Shown here: piece by piece, positions 42,301 through 52,800 of the stretch
Layout of the letters: each line of letters starts with the position of its first letter
Position numbering within the stretch: position 1 is the first letter of the stretch
Assembly (NCBI GenBank): GCA_964035545.1
Contig: OZ037768.1
Coordinates: forward strand, 9,952,741-10,016,740
Length of the DNA stretch: 64,000 nt
From: Bugula neritina
Taxonomy: Eukaryota; Animalia; Bryozoa
Direction of reading: 5' to 3'
Program-made: the position numbers and the translations under genes
The notes under the pieces: model-generated
Told to the model about the DNA's origin: nothing
What the model saw: only the letters and a program-made list of their open reading frames with translations
Database searches by the model: none

Positions 42301-43475
42301 TGATTTAGAGATTCAAAAAAATAAACTAGCTTTACAAATGAAAGATGAAGAAATAGAATACTGGAAAAGTTGTGCACAGTCGTATGCAGATGACTTACAG
42401 TGAACAGTTTATTGACTGCAATAACCCTTCGCACGTTCTCTATTACAAACCATAAGCTAAGCATTTGTTTAAACTGCTTGCTATAACTTGCTATTGACTT
42501 GAGTTATATTAATATATGCAGCTCAAATTATGCACATTTTGTCAATTATTTTTGTACTGTAATGATCATTTTGAAATTATGAGTTGTGGCATTAAATGCT
42601 TGTAGCTTATAGTAGGGTTTTGTGGCAGTTTAATATTACATAAAATTCTTATATAAATAGAAACTATTTTCATCAAGACTTGTGTGCTCCTGGAGTTGAT
42701 TTACTTAGAGAAGACAACTCCTTGCACTATAACTGTATAAAAATGTTTTTCAATTTTGTATTTGAGGGTCAGATGTGTTTGATTGGTGCTAAGCCTTTGA
42801 ATTCTGTGCATTAAAACCTATATTATTATGCTAATAAAATTACTTTGAGCTATTATAAGTGCCGTTCTTTTGTTTCTTTTTCTGTGTTTTGTGTGTAGAG
42901 GAAATCGCTTTGCTACTCAGTTTTCTCAAATTAATTAATTTTTTTGGGATGCATAATTCTCAAATTTACTATTGAAAGTAATAGAGGAGAGGTTAAAATC
43001 ATATTTTGGTTGAACTGGTTCATGCTGGGTTGTATGTGATAATTATTCTCCTTATTGAGTCCATATGGTTGCATAATCAGATAATTTAATTAACCTTTGT
43101 CATAGATAAGCTACTTCATTTTCTACAACTTTGGATTAAATGCAAGTAGATACATGCTTTAACTACTAATGGGTGTTGCTGGCTAAATACCATGTATTAT
43201 TATAGCTCATTGTTATTTTGTGAAACAATTTTCTATAGGATTTATATTGCTCTGTTAAATGTTATTATGCAATAGTGACACATGTATCAAGTTTATTCAC
43301 ATATTTGTCTATCAATGATTGTTGCTTTTATAATAAGATGACTAGGAGTAGGATGTTGATTTAGTGCGAGTGCTACTACTGTACATTTTGTGTTCATTCC
43401 GAATTCATTAGAGTGGATAATTATGGCACTGAATCCTCAATGCTTTATCATTCATCAGCAAATAGTATCCGCTAA
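21320..43475 (+). CDS. ITPRID/SSFA2(KRAP)/TESPA1-like protein with a KRAP IP3R-binding domain, Ser-rich, about 1000 aa
   Basis: Core exon 33981-34189 reads SSIDILLEERKTNPEEVLMNLGFG..DPSLGARLPSRFL....AYGVNVQNFL, matching the recalled KRAP motif (SSVSELL...DPEEIL..LGFG...IP.RF...A.GI...FL). ESFELEE|IQS (37537-37695 / 37952-38128) and SDSSG match recalled SSFA2 motifs. Other phase-consistent exons: 21320-21332, 22846-22993, 26784-26866, 27106-27151 (weak donor), 30195-30305, 34724-34936, 36729-37348, 38434-39093, 39602-39705, 40007-40244, 40709-40894, 42130-42185, 43412-43475 (total 3087 nt). Terminal exons are less certain. Confidence 0.75.
21834..21977. mobile_element. 144-bp hairpin MITE with 9-bp TSD (Mutator-like)
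   Basis: GTGCTGATA is duplicated at 21825-21833 and 21978-21986. TIRs of about 65 bp: TCTATAAGCAGCTCCGAGTTGGGGGTGAAG / CTTCACCCTCAACTCGGAGCTGTTTATAGA. Confidence 0.9.
23180..23371. repeat. Polypyrimidine/polypurine low-complexity tract
   Basis: About 190 bp, almost entirely C/T on the plus strand. Confidence 0.95.
26876..26937. repeat. Short 15-bp-unit AT-rich minisatellite
   Basis: About 4 TATTGTATTATGTAT-like units just after the donor at 26867. Confidence 0.8.
28286..28687. mobile_element. Second, 3'-truncated copy of the 1271-1803 MITE
   Basis: GGTTTCATCCCAGATAGGCGCTTCCCACTT start and colinear internal matches (CCAATTTTCATGGA, CAACAAGAAGTATA, AATAAATTGCACAT). No right TIR. Confidence 0.85.
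30409..30487. repeat. (GACT)n microsatellite, about 19 perfect units
   Basis: Directly visible perfect tetranucleotide array. Confidence 0.97.
31426..31601. repeat. 20-bp satellite array, left arm (GATACACAATAATATACTAT), interrupted by a 50-bp palindrome
   Basis: Units visible on both sides of the insert at 31463-31512. Confidence 0.85.
31463..31512. mobile_element. 50-bp palindromic mini-element (CACCG...CGGTG), copy 1
   Basis: CACCGGCTTTCCATG...CATGGAAAGCCGGTG with internal GATCGATCTCA motifs. Related copy at 54627-54690. Confidence 0.7.
31846..32110. repeat. 20-bp satellite array, right arm (ATAGTATATTATTGTGTATC, about 13 units), inverted relative to 31426-31601
   Basis: The unit is the reverse complement of the left-arm unit. 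Confidence 0.92.
32613..32815 (-). mobile_element. tRNA-derived SINE with tRNA-like head
   Basis: Minus strand reads GGAGTAGCTGTGGTCTAGGGGTTAGAGCGCTTGCC (A box) ... GGGTTTGAG (degenerate B box), then the body shared with 6421-6600. Confidence 0.8.
34190..34359 (+). repeat. 17-bp minisatellite x10 (GTGAGTGTAAGYAGTCA) starting exactly at a 5' splice site
   Basis: The exon ends CTC G at 34189 and the first unit supplies the GTGAGT donor. Confidence 0.95.
38240..38402. repeat. 15-bp minisatellite (TGTATCAGTATATAA-like)
   Basis: About 10 degenerate units ending about 30 nt upstream of the acceptor at 38433. Confidence 0.85.
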
Positions 43476-43808
43476 GCATATTTATAAACATGTCTGAATA
43501 CACCTTCAGTGACTCAGTCTTCTCTTCTAGAGGTGAAGGTAAGTTATATAGTAGATACATGTACATGAAGAGATAATTCAACATTGTTTAGTCTGTAAAT
43601 GCCAGAAAACAATTGATTTAGGGTGAATTTTTTATATATAATTTTAGTATCTATTATGTATCTATAATGATGTATTCTCTACTGCCTCGCTGCTTAATGG
43701 CATATATTTGATAGGGTATTATAAAAAAAGTTCAACTTTGTTTCAGCCCTGCTACTGCTTCATTAATGAAGTTTTAAGGACAAATTGGTGAGGTATTTCC
43801 TTTGTTTA

Positions 43809-46800
43809 ATGACTCCTGGGATGGGCTCTCTGCACACAATCCACCTTTTCAATCAGCTGGTCAATCACAGGCTCGATGTAATGGAACAGTCAATCAGCTT
43901 CATGGAAAACGATTTGCCAGACATGCTCCATCGGGCGCTGGTAGTCAATCCTCCGTCACCATTTACTACCCTGAAGGGTTTGTGCTTGTCACACCGACAT
44001 TGCCCAAGCTATCCTAGTCTTCTGAACATTAAGCTGAAGCAAGGGCACCTGTCCATGCCTGACAAGCAGCTGAATGTGGTGACAGAAAAGGGTCAGCAGG
44101 AAGCAAGCTCTAGTGTGCTATGTGACTTGAACAGCTGTGTCGTCTGTGCTGAACTAGCCGCAGCTTTTGGTAAACAATTATGTTTTTATACACTTTGCGA
44201 TACAGTTATGTTAGGATAGGAACATATAAAGTTTATAATTTGAGCTAATCATTTAGGGTAGGTACTATGAGGATTTAAATCCTATTAACCCCATGCTATT
44301 TTTCATTTTCTTTATCTTCAAATTAAAATTGTATTTATTTATCATAAATTTTGGCACTCCAATTTTTGGTTTCTATTCTAATAACTAAAATAATGCGAAT
44401 AACGCTTCAAATACTGGAGTTTCTATTTTATTTGCATTTTAGGATTTAGTAGAAAAGTTTCTGGCTCCTCTATCCGCATAAATTCAATATCTTTCCTCCG
44501 CACCATTGAGAAAGTAAACAGCAATATAATAGCTGGTGGAGCACTTCAAATAACAGGTATTTAAAATACATATAGATTTCTGGTGATAGTAAAGATCATA
44601 TTTTATGCACAAGCAATAAAATATAGATATGCTTTTGGGCAACTCCTTATATACGAAGTTAATTGGAATCAATTTAAATTTTTGTAATTTTTGGTGATGC
44701 AATGCACAAATCTGTCTTGCATAAATAACTTCGAAAAAGTGATTAGAACCAAGGATAACTGTATAATTATGATGATTATGCCCAGCATACAAAACCAATT
44801 GAAATTATATTATATGCAAAAATTAGATATGCTGTGAGTTGCAACATGTATAGCTTATTCATATGACAAACTTTGTGCTATTTTGGTAAAGGTAATTTTA
44901 GCCAGTTGTGGTAAAATAACTTTTTCCATTAAGCCTTTACTTGAAAATTGATTGTAAAATTTTCAAACACAAACTGAAACTGAATGTTTTATAAACAACA
45001 TCTCTCACACATCTCTCACAATTCTGTCACAGAATGTTGGTTCAAATTTCACCCTTGTTAGGGTTCAGCAAAGGTCAGTATGGCTCACATCATTGCAATG
45101 AACGGAACTTTAAAAGTTTTTCATTGATTAAGCTGGAAGTGCTCCAACCATGCTAGGAGTTGTGAACTCTGTATTGCATTTACTTCATAATAAAATAAGC
45201 CTACCCACTCAATAAGAAACTGTGAAGAAAGTTTTATATAAAAATATGGGTAATAGTTAACCATGCCCTCTCTTTTTATGTTTGTATAACTTGTGAATAA
45301 TTATACTTATAATTATGTTTTACTCTAAAAAATTTAAAACTAATTGCTTTGGCCTCCTCAACACAAAAATATTTCAATTTTATAGTCTATTGTGTGATCA
45401 ACTACAGGCTAGTACTTAATATATATCAGCTAGCATAGATATTTTTGTTCCTTATATTGATCTTTAAATTAGTTTTTTTCTTTTTTTATGTCAATTTTTC
45501 ATTGTTTTTAATATTCATTATGCTTGATTACTAAGTTGTCACATTTAGCCCAAGTGAGATATATGGCCAAAAGAATATTCCAATATTTGGTCCTCATGAA
45601 TTCCAATGCAATATTGCCTTTAAACTACCATATTCATTGCAAGTTAGATTGAGTTACAACTAAATTTATTGGATAAATTATCATTATGATTAGGTTTAAG
45701 TATAGTAAATTGTAGAAGTTGTTAGCTCTTGTCAGTCTATGAAGCAATAGGATTTCCTGTGCTACTTAATCACTTGCCACTTGCCCAATCCCCTTTTCTA
45801 ACTATTGTTGTTGAAAAATGCATTGAGTTTGTGAAACAATATGAAACATAGTGCATGCCTTACATAAGAAATCAGCTGAGCGTTATAAGGAGTTGAATCT
45901 GTGTTCATCTAAAATTGGCCCATCCTTCTACTAAATGGAGCAAATTATTTTTTATTATTTTTTGTTGCTCATTGTGTAGTATAGCCTGTTTGCCCCTTTG
46001 TATGCATGCAATAGAATATTACCCAACATTGACTGCCTAATTATATTTCATAAGTCATACATTATACATGTGATACACATTATGGGCCCCAGATATTGCT
46101 GACACAATGTAGATAGAAATCAACTGACGGGACACATCAATAAGATTTTAAAGTTTTGTGTCAATGCGAGACTTGGGACTCCTGTGACTTCTGTGTACAA
46201 ACTGCATTTACAAAACCCCTGAGATTGCTTGTTATACATGGTCTATAATCAACAACAGTTTCTTATTTATTTTGAGGGAGTTTCCACTTTTTTATGACAT
46301 AAATAAAGTTAAGGCAGATTATGATCACCTCCACACCTGCATTTTCATTGGATTACACAGCTTATTTAGAGCTATCCTTACCAAAGCCAAAACTATCCTT
46401 TCTTCAATTAAATATAATTAGCTACAATTAATCACTATACATATTTAAAAAAATAAGAAATCTTTATGAATTGTCTCATATTTTAATTATAAACTTTTGC
46501 TGCTTCACTTATATATTCAAGCAGTATTTATAAAAAATTAAAGACAAAACTTGTATGTATAGTATTCAGCAAGATAATATTCTTGTTGCTTTGATTGCCT
46601 ACACCTTTTAAACTAATTTGACATTATGGTGTGTTTGTGACCCATCTGTCTCAAGAATTATTTTAGTGTGGTGTTGCTATTTACACTCAGAAACTGTTTT
46701 AGGTGGTGGAGAAGAGTTAATATGCACATTGCTGTCCACCTCTCCTGTGTGGGATCATGTGCAGAGTATTGAGAAGGAGTTGCCTACTCTTTTGTGCTTT

Positions 46801-49800
46801 GTGATCAACAGACATAAGTAAGTTTTGTAAATACATTTTGTATGAATATCCATTTCACAAGACTTTTTCTCGTCAAATTGCTCTTCTATATAATATGTAG
46901 TGTGTTTCTAGATTTTCTGAAAGTTCATCAGAGTGGTGAATTTCAGTTGCTGTTTTTAGTTAGTTACTTTAATACTATTTTTCATTGACTTAACTTAAAA
47001 GCTATAACTATAGATCTATACTTTTTACTAATTTAAGGAATAGGTTTATGAATTTTAACTGCTTTGGCTGGTGAGTTTTAGTATTTAATATTTCATGTTA
47101 TAACAAACCATTGAGTTTCTCTTATTAGATATGCAACTTTTACAGAAACAAGAATCGGTTTTTATTTTTGATATCCCCTTAAAAATAATTTATAAAATAA
47201 CTGCTTTTCTAACATATTTAAGGGTAGTTGGAGAGATTTATCTATATATTATGCACTAGTTGTTACTGAAATATTGTTGCATTCAGTACAGTACATAATA
47301 TCACATGTGTTCAAGTGAACTAATGTACAAAGTTAACAAAACTGTAAAATTTGCTCCCAATTTGCACTATTAAATGTATTGAAGTGTTGGCATAGTGCTA
47401 TATAAGCTGAGCTGGCCATAAAAAGTATTCTAGTAAGAATGATATGAAATGCAAAAATATCTTTCTGGTGCATATAGCTATACCATGTATGGTTTTTATA
47501 ACTCATAGGCTCAGGACAGGTGCTTGCGGTTATTTTATGTTTTAGTAACGTTATAAATTATGTGAAAACAAATTATTTTGCAATTAATTCTGGTGTTACT
47601 TAAAGCTTGCAGCTAACCCAAAATATATTGTTTATCTCATTAAAAAATACAGACTACAAATAATGAAATGACAAGCAGTTGTCACCAACTTTGTCAGGAA
47701 ACGGTCTCAATCAATATCTAATGCTACATCTTCCGGTTTAGCAAAATTGTCTAATTTCTTTGTCAAAAATGATAAATTATATCATTCCAAAAGCAGTCTA
47801 CCACTAGTTTGCAAACTACAGCATAAATTACTGTTTAAAACCAATCATTTTGTACTATGCATTTATTTCTTATTGTCCTATCCAAGTCGCAGTAGCTGTA
47901 GCTGGCTCTAGCTTTTAGCTGCAACAAATGCTCACTCATGCGTTTCTCAGTTCATTGATAAGTCAGGACTGAATTTATTTACGAGTCTGCATAGCCTTTG
48001 ATAGCTTGTGCTAGTATAGCTGCTCTCGGGTAACAGGTAATGTTAATTTTCTAAATTTCATAATATCAATGAAATGTAAAATAATCACGGAGAAAGTTAA
48101 CACGTAGCTTTATTTATATTCCTTGCTTTGGTGATGAGTATAATCACTAGTTTATGCTATTTAGTGATTTCTGATTATATTTATTAGACCTGTGTGGGTG
48201 TTTAATTAAATTAATTTTTGTTTCTGCTATTATAGTTATTACCGAAATCAGTTTAATCAGTACTTTTTGATTTTTACTTTACTTAAGAAAACTTTCATAC
48301 CGAGATAAAAAAATTTAATGGGATGCATTAATAGGCAGCATATTTGAGACACCTGTTAGTAATTGTTACATCATAGTGGCAGCTGTTGTAGCTAACCCAG
48401 TTAATAGCAGCAAAATCTGACTCCATTATGCAAACTTCTGTTATTCTTGTCACTGGTGACTTCAGAAAAGATATTTAGATTGCTGATAGGGCTACACCCC
48501 TTGAGTGAACAGACAAAGTTTTGTCTGGTTTAAATGTGTTTCCTTTCTGAGACTGTAACTTCCCATATAAGAAATATTTGCTAAAAGCTGCAGTCCTAAA
48601 AACTCAAACAATGTACAACAAAGACCAAAATCACATTGTGATCCATTTCTTCTCCACCAAGTTACAATAGGGCAGCACTTTATTGTTTTGTATTGGGTGG
48701 ATTACTTTTTTTTTAAATTGAAATGTTTCCTTTAAAAACTATCACTGGAGGTAGGTGCAGCAATGGAGAAATTGAGAAAAGCCTGTATTCTAGATTAAAA
48801 ATGTCGCAAAAGAAATTATGTCCCCCCCCCACAAGAATTTAAATTCGAGCCCCAAACCAAATTTTATAAAGAAATTTAAAGAACTTAGGCTATCTCAATT
48901 TCTCTGCTACTGCGCCTAAATGAGATATTTACCTAAAGCTATTTTATACACACACCGTGTTTATCAGGAGTTGGTCTGCAGCAGATGTTCAAAATACAAA
49001 TAACGGCAGTAGCTATATACAAATAGAAGGACTAAGAGTCTGTTCACACTGTTATACAGAGTATTATACACTAAGGGGATACAAGCTGACCAGACAATGT
49101 AGGCCAACTTGAGGTGTTTATGTACACAATGTAGCATTCATAATACAGTATTATGCTGAGCTGGTTATTATAATTCGGCCACAATTCAGTTCATAGTTTA
49201 TTATTTATTATTCATTGCATGAAGGAAGGTGCGGTAATTGTAGCAGGACGTGACTTCATAACTTGGCTTACAACTAGTCTTTAGTTTTGGTGAGTAGAAT
49301 GAGTAAACAACCACTCTTACCTTTGTTGGTTTTTTATTCTCTAGCGCTGGCTGTAAATGCAGTTGATGTGTATTGTGGAAATAATGGAGTTGGAAGATCT
49401 TTTGGTAATTGGATAATTTCTTACGTCTCATTACTGTTATATGCTTTGCTTTTATAAACGCTACCGGGTCCATGAGATTGAAGTTCAGAAATCGATTTTC
49501 TGCAGCGGTTGACGCCAGCAAAGTACACTTAGAGTGGAAATGTCTAGCTTATTAAAAAATGTTTAAACAGCTCAAACTGAAGCTGGGGCCAAAAGTAAAG
49601 CTAAAAATACCACAGCACTAATAGTAATACTATCTACAGTTGTAGAGCTTTATGCTCCTGTAGTGAAATTTGCCAGAAATGCAAAACTGATCAAATAATT
49701 GTAACAAGAGGCACACTGGGGCAGTGTAACTGTATTACACTATTATAATGTTTAGATATTATGTAGCGTGTAGGTAGGTTGTTATTAAACTGGCTATTGA

Positions 49801-52800
49801 CTTCATTGGAAAGGAAATTTAATTTCGGTGTGAAACAGCTTGAAATCCCTCTTGGAAAACAATAGGAAATGAACAGGTCTGCACAGCATGCATTATGTTG
49901 ATTGTATTACTGATCAGGTAACTTGAACTCTGAAAGTAGTGATTGAATCTCAGTTAACTGATGCTAGGAGAGGTGCGACTGAGTGACAAAAGATTTGCTG
50001 AAAACAATAGAGAGTCACTAGTCACTTATTTACCTTCAGTTTCTTTGTCATACACGCTTTCTGACGCCTAAGTCCTTATCACATTGAACTATCATCTATT
50101 GTAACTGCTGGACAATGAAATACATATATTAGCTACTGTGTATCAAAAAACTACTTTTGCGACCTTATCAGGTGTAACTGTCCATTTAGAAGCAGTAGTG
50201 GAGAAATTGAGATAGCCTAAGTCCTTTAACTTTATTATTAAATTTTGGTTTGGGGCAAGAACAGATAACCATCACAATCCAGAAGCTATATATTATAAGG
50301 TGCTTCAGAAGGCACCTACTTAACTTGTGGTCTGACTCCTGTATTATGTTGTGGCTGTGTCACTGAACTTTGGGGATTTGTTCCTAATCTGCTGACCAGC
50401 TGCTCAAAGGTTCTGGTAGAGTTGAAGCAAAACCCTACACCAGGAGGGGAGGTTGGCCAGCTAGGTTGATGAACTGATTATCTCTTACAAGTTCTGATAA
50501 CAGAGCTTGACATGAGACAAAGACTACAGTATCCTAATGTCACGTCTATTCTCACACTTGGCAGTAGTTGAGAAATAATGCTGTATCAAATTATGGCATT
50601 TGATTAATTATTACAGCATAACATATCCTATTTCAATGGTAGACCAAAGCAACAGGGCCACCTAATATATGCATACTTCGATACCACCATACAAACATAT
50701 AAAATACTACTGCACACTATACAGCACTGGTATAACTTACAAAGTTGCATGTTCATTCAGTTTAGTTGAAAACCGATTTTTGGTTCTTCTATATGTTTTA
50801 TGAATAGAGAGTAATAAAATACACAAGTCTAATTTGTTGAAACATTTAATTTTCTTGTTTAAGCTGTGAAACAATAGAGCTTGAAATGAACAGTTTCAAA
50901 GACTAGTCTAGTGCTACCATCTTAAAAAGGATTGTTTATTTACTACTGTTTAATATTTTTCCTATTTCTATCTTGTCACAGCTAATTAATTTGGTAGCAG
51001 AGTTTAATAGTTGGCATATACTGGCTATTTTATTGAGATGAATTATGAAGATCTTTTGTATGTTTGGCTGTGAATATTGTATTCTCACTTTGACTTCAAG
51101 TCTCACAACTAAAACCCTGACTAAAGATAGCTTTAAATTATTTCTATTTGTCCATGTAGCTACCATAATGAATGTTATAATTAGCATTTGTTAGAACGCA
51201 TGAATGTTGCAGTAAGCCTACAATATTTGAATTATGGATGTATAGAAATTGGGTTCATTAGTCCCATTCAAATAAGTGCATGTCACAGCAACGTTTCAGG
51301 GATTTAGCTACTGGGTATAATTATTTGATGGATTACTATTTCTAGAAGTGAGAGATATTGTCTGATAGTGGATGGCAGAGGTGGTGCAAATAGTATCTTG
51401 CTCTCTCTTTTAAAATCACTTCATTACACTCAGGTATGTTCTGCTAGTTATCATCACTGCTCTTCTGGAATCTCCTACATTCTCTGTGGGAATAAATACA
51501 ACCCTTGAACAGTTCCTCAATAGTGATGAGTCAGCAGTAGTATACTTCTCACACTAAATGTATATTTAGAAACAATAACCATGAGCCATAACTTTTTGGT
51601 TTTTAACTCTTGCTAATAAAAGTTGTGATGAAATTGTTGGGCGTAATACATAATACATATCAACATTAAAGGCATTACTCTACTGTTATATATTAAACAT
51701 GAAAATTTTTATTATTTTTCCATTTTATAGAAGTTATCTGGAAACTCCATTGATTTAGCCATAGTGCTTATCAATAGGCTTACACAGACGGGACTGATAG
51801 TGAAATCTCTTCAGAATACTACATCCCTGCAGGTAAGATATTTGGCTAACTGCAAATATTTATCTAGAATTTCCTAGTAATATTTTAGTGATGTCAATTA
51901 TGTAGTTGGTGGTTCCAAAAAATGTATTGAATGAATTTCTTGTTTCTGCCTGCAAAGTGTTTACATGCAGTAGGTAAGGTGTTTGTATGTTGGTATTGTA
52001 AAATATCAAATGAGAGGAATCATTATGTGTTAATTACTTTTGATGCAACTTGCAGCATTTCAAAAAGTTCTGTAAAAAATCAATTTTTCAAACTTCATTT
52101 ATAAAAAGATGAAATATTGTGATACAAGTAATTTACACGCAATAACTTGGTGAAAAACTATGCACATTAGCACTGGAACTGAGCCATAATGACACCTCAT
52201 TGCCAAGTGCATCGCTTGACCAAATCAGCCCTTAAAAGAGGAGATGTTGGGTAGTAATTTATTAAGAACTGGTGCTATGCTTTATTGACTATTCAGGCTT
52301 GACAGATTCAAACCAATAGGTACATTTGGCTGTTTTTCAATAAATTGTCGTGCCATTATTATTATATTACGTACATATCAAATAGTTTGGTAATTATTTT
52401 GCATTTAGTAGACACTGTGTTATCAGTCAGTTTCAAAACGCCACCTTATTGACAACTATGTGAAACTATGTGGTAGGGCTTATGTGAAACTGTAGGTAGG
52501 GCAAAATCAACCTCATTCTAAACTCAAACTTTAAAACAAAAGTTGTAAAATCAAGCTGAGCAAAAATCTGCATCTCTAAAACCAATGGTGAAATTATTCC
52601 AGGCTATTTTCTAATCTACTATCAGCTAGTATTGACTCAATTTTGTTAGCATTGACAAAATATATATTTGGGTTGCAACAAATTATATTATTTTTATTGA
52701 TTTCTCACAATTTGTATACAAATATTATAGCATTGTATAAATTAAGTTTGATTGTTTAGTGGTCTGTTTAGTAAACACCATTTAGCTCGGCCACTAATTA

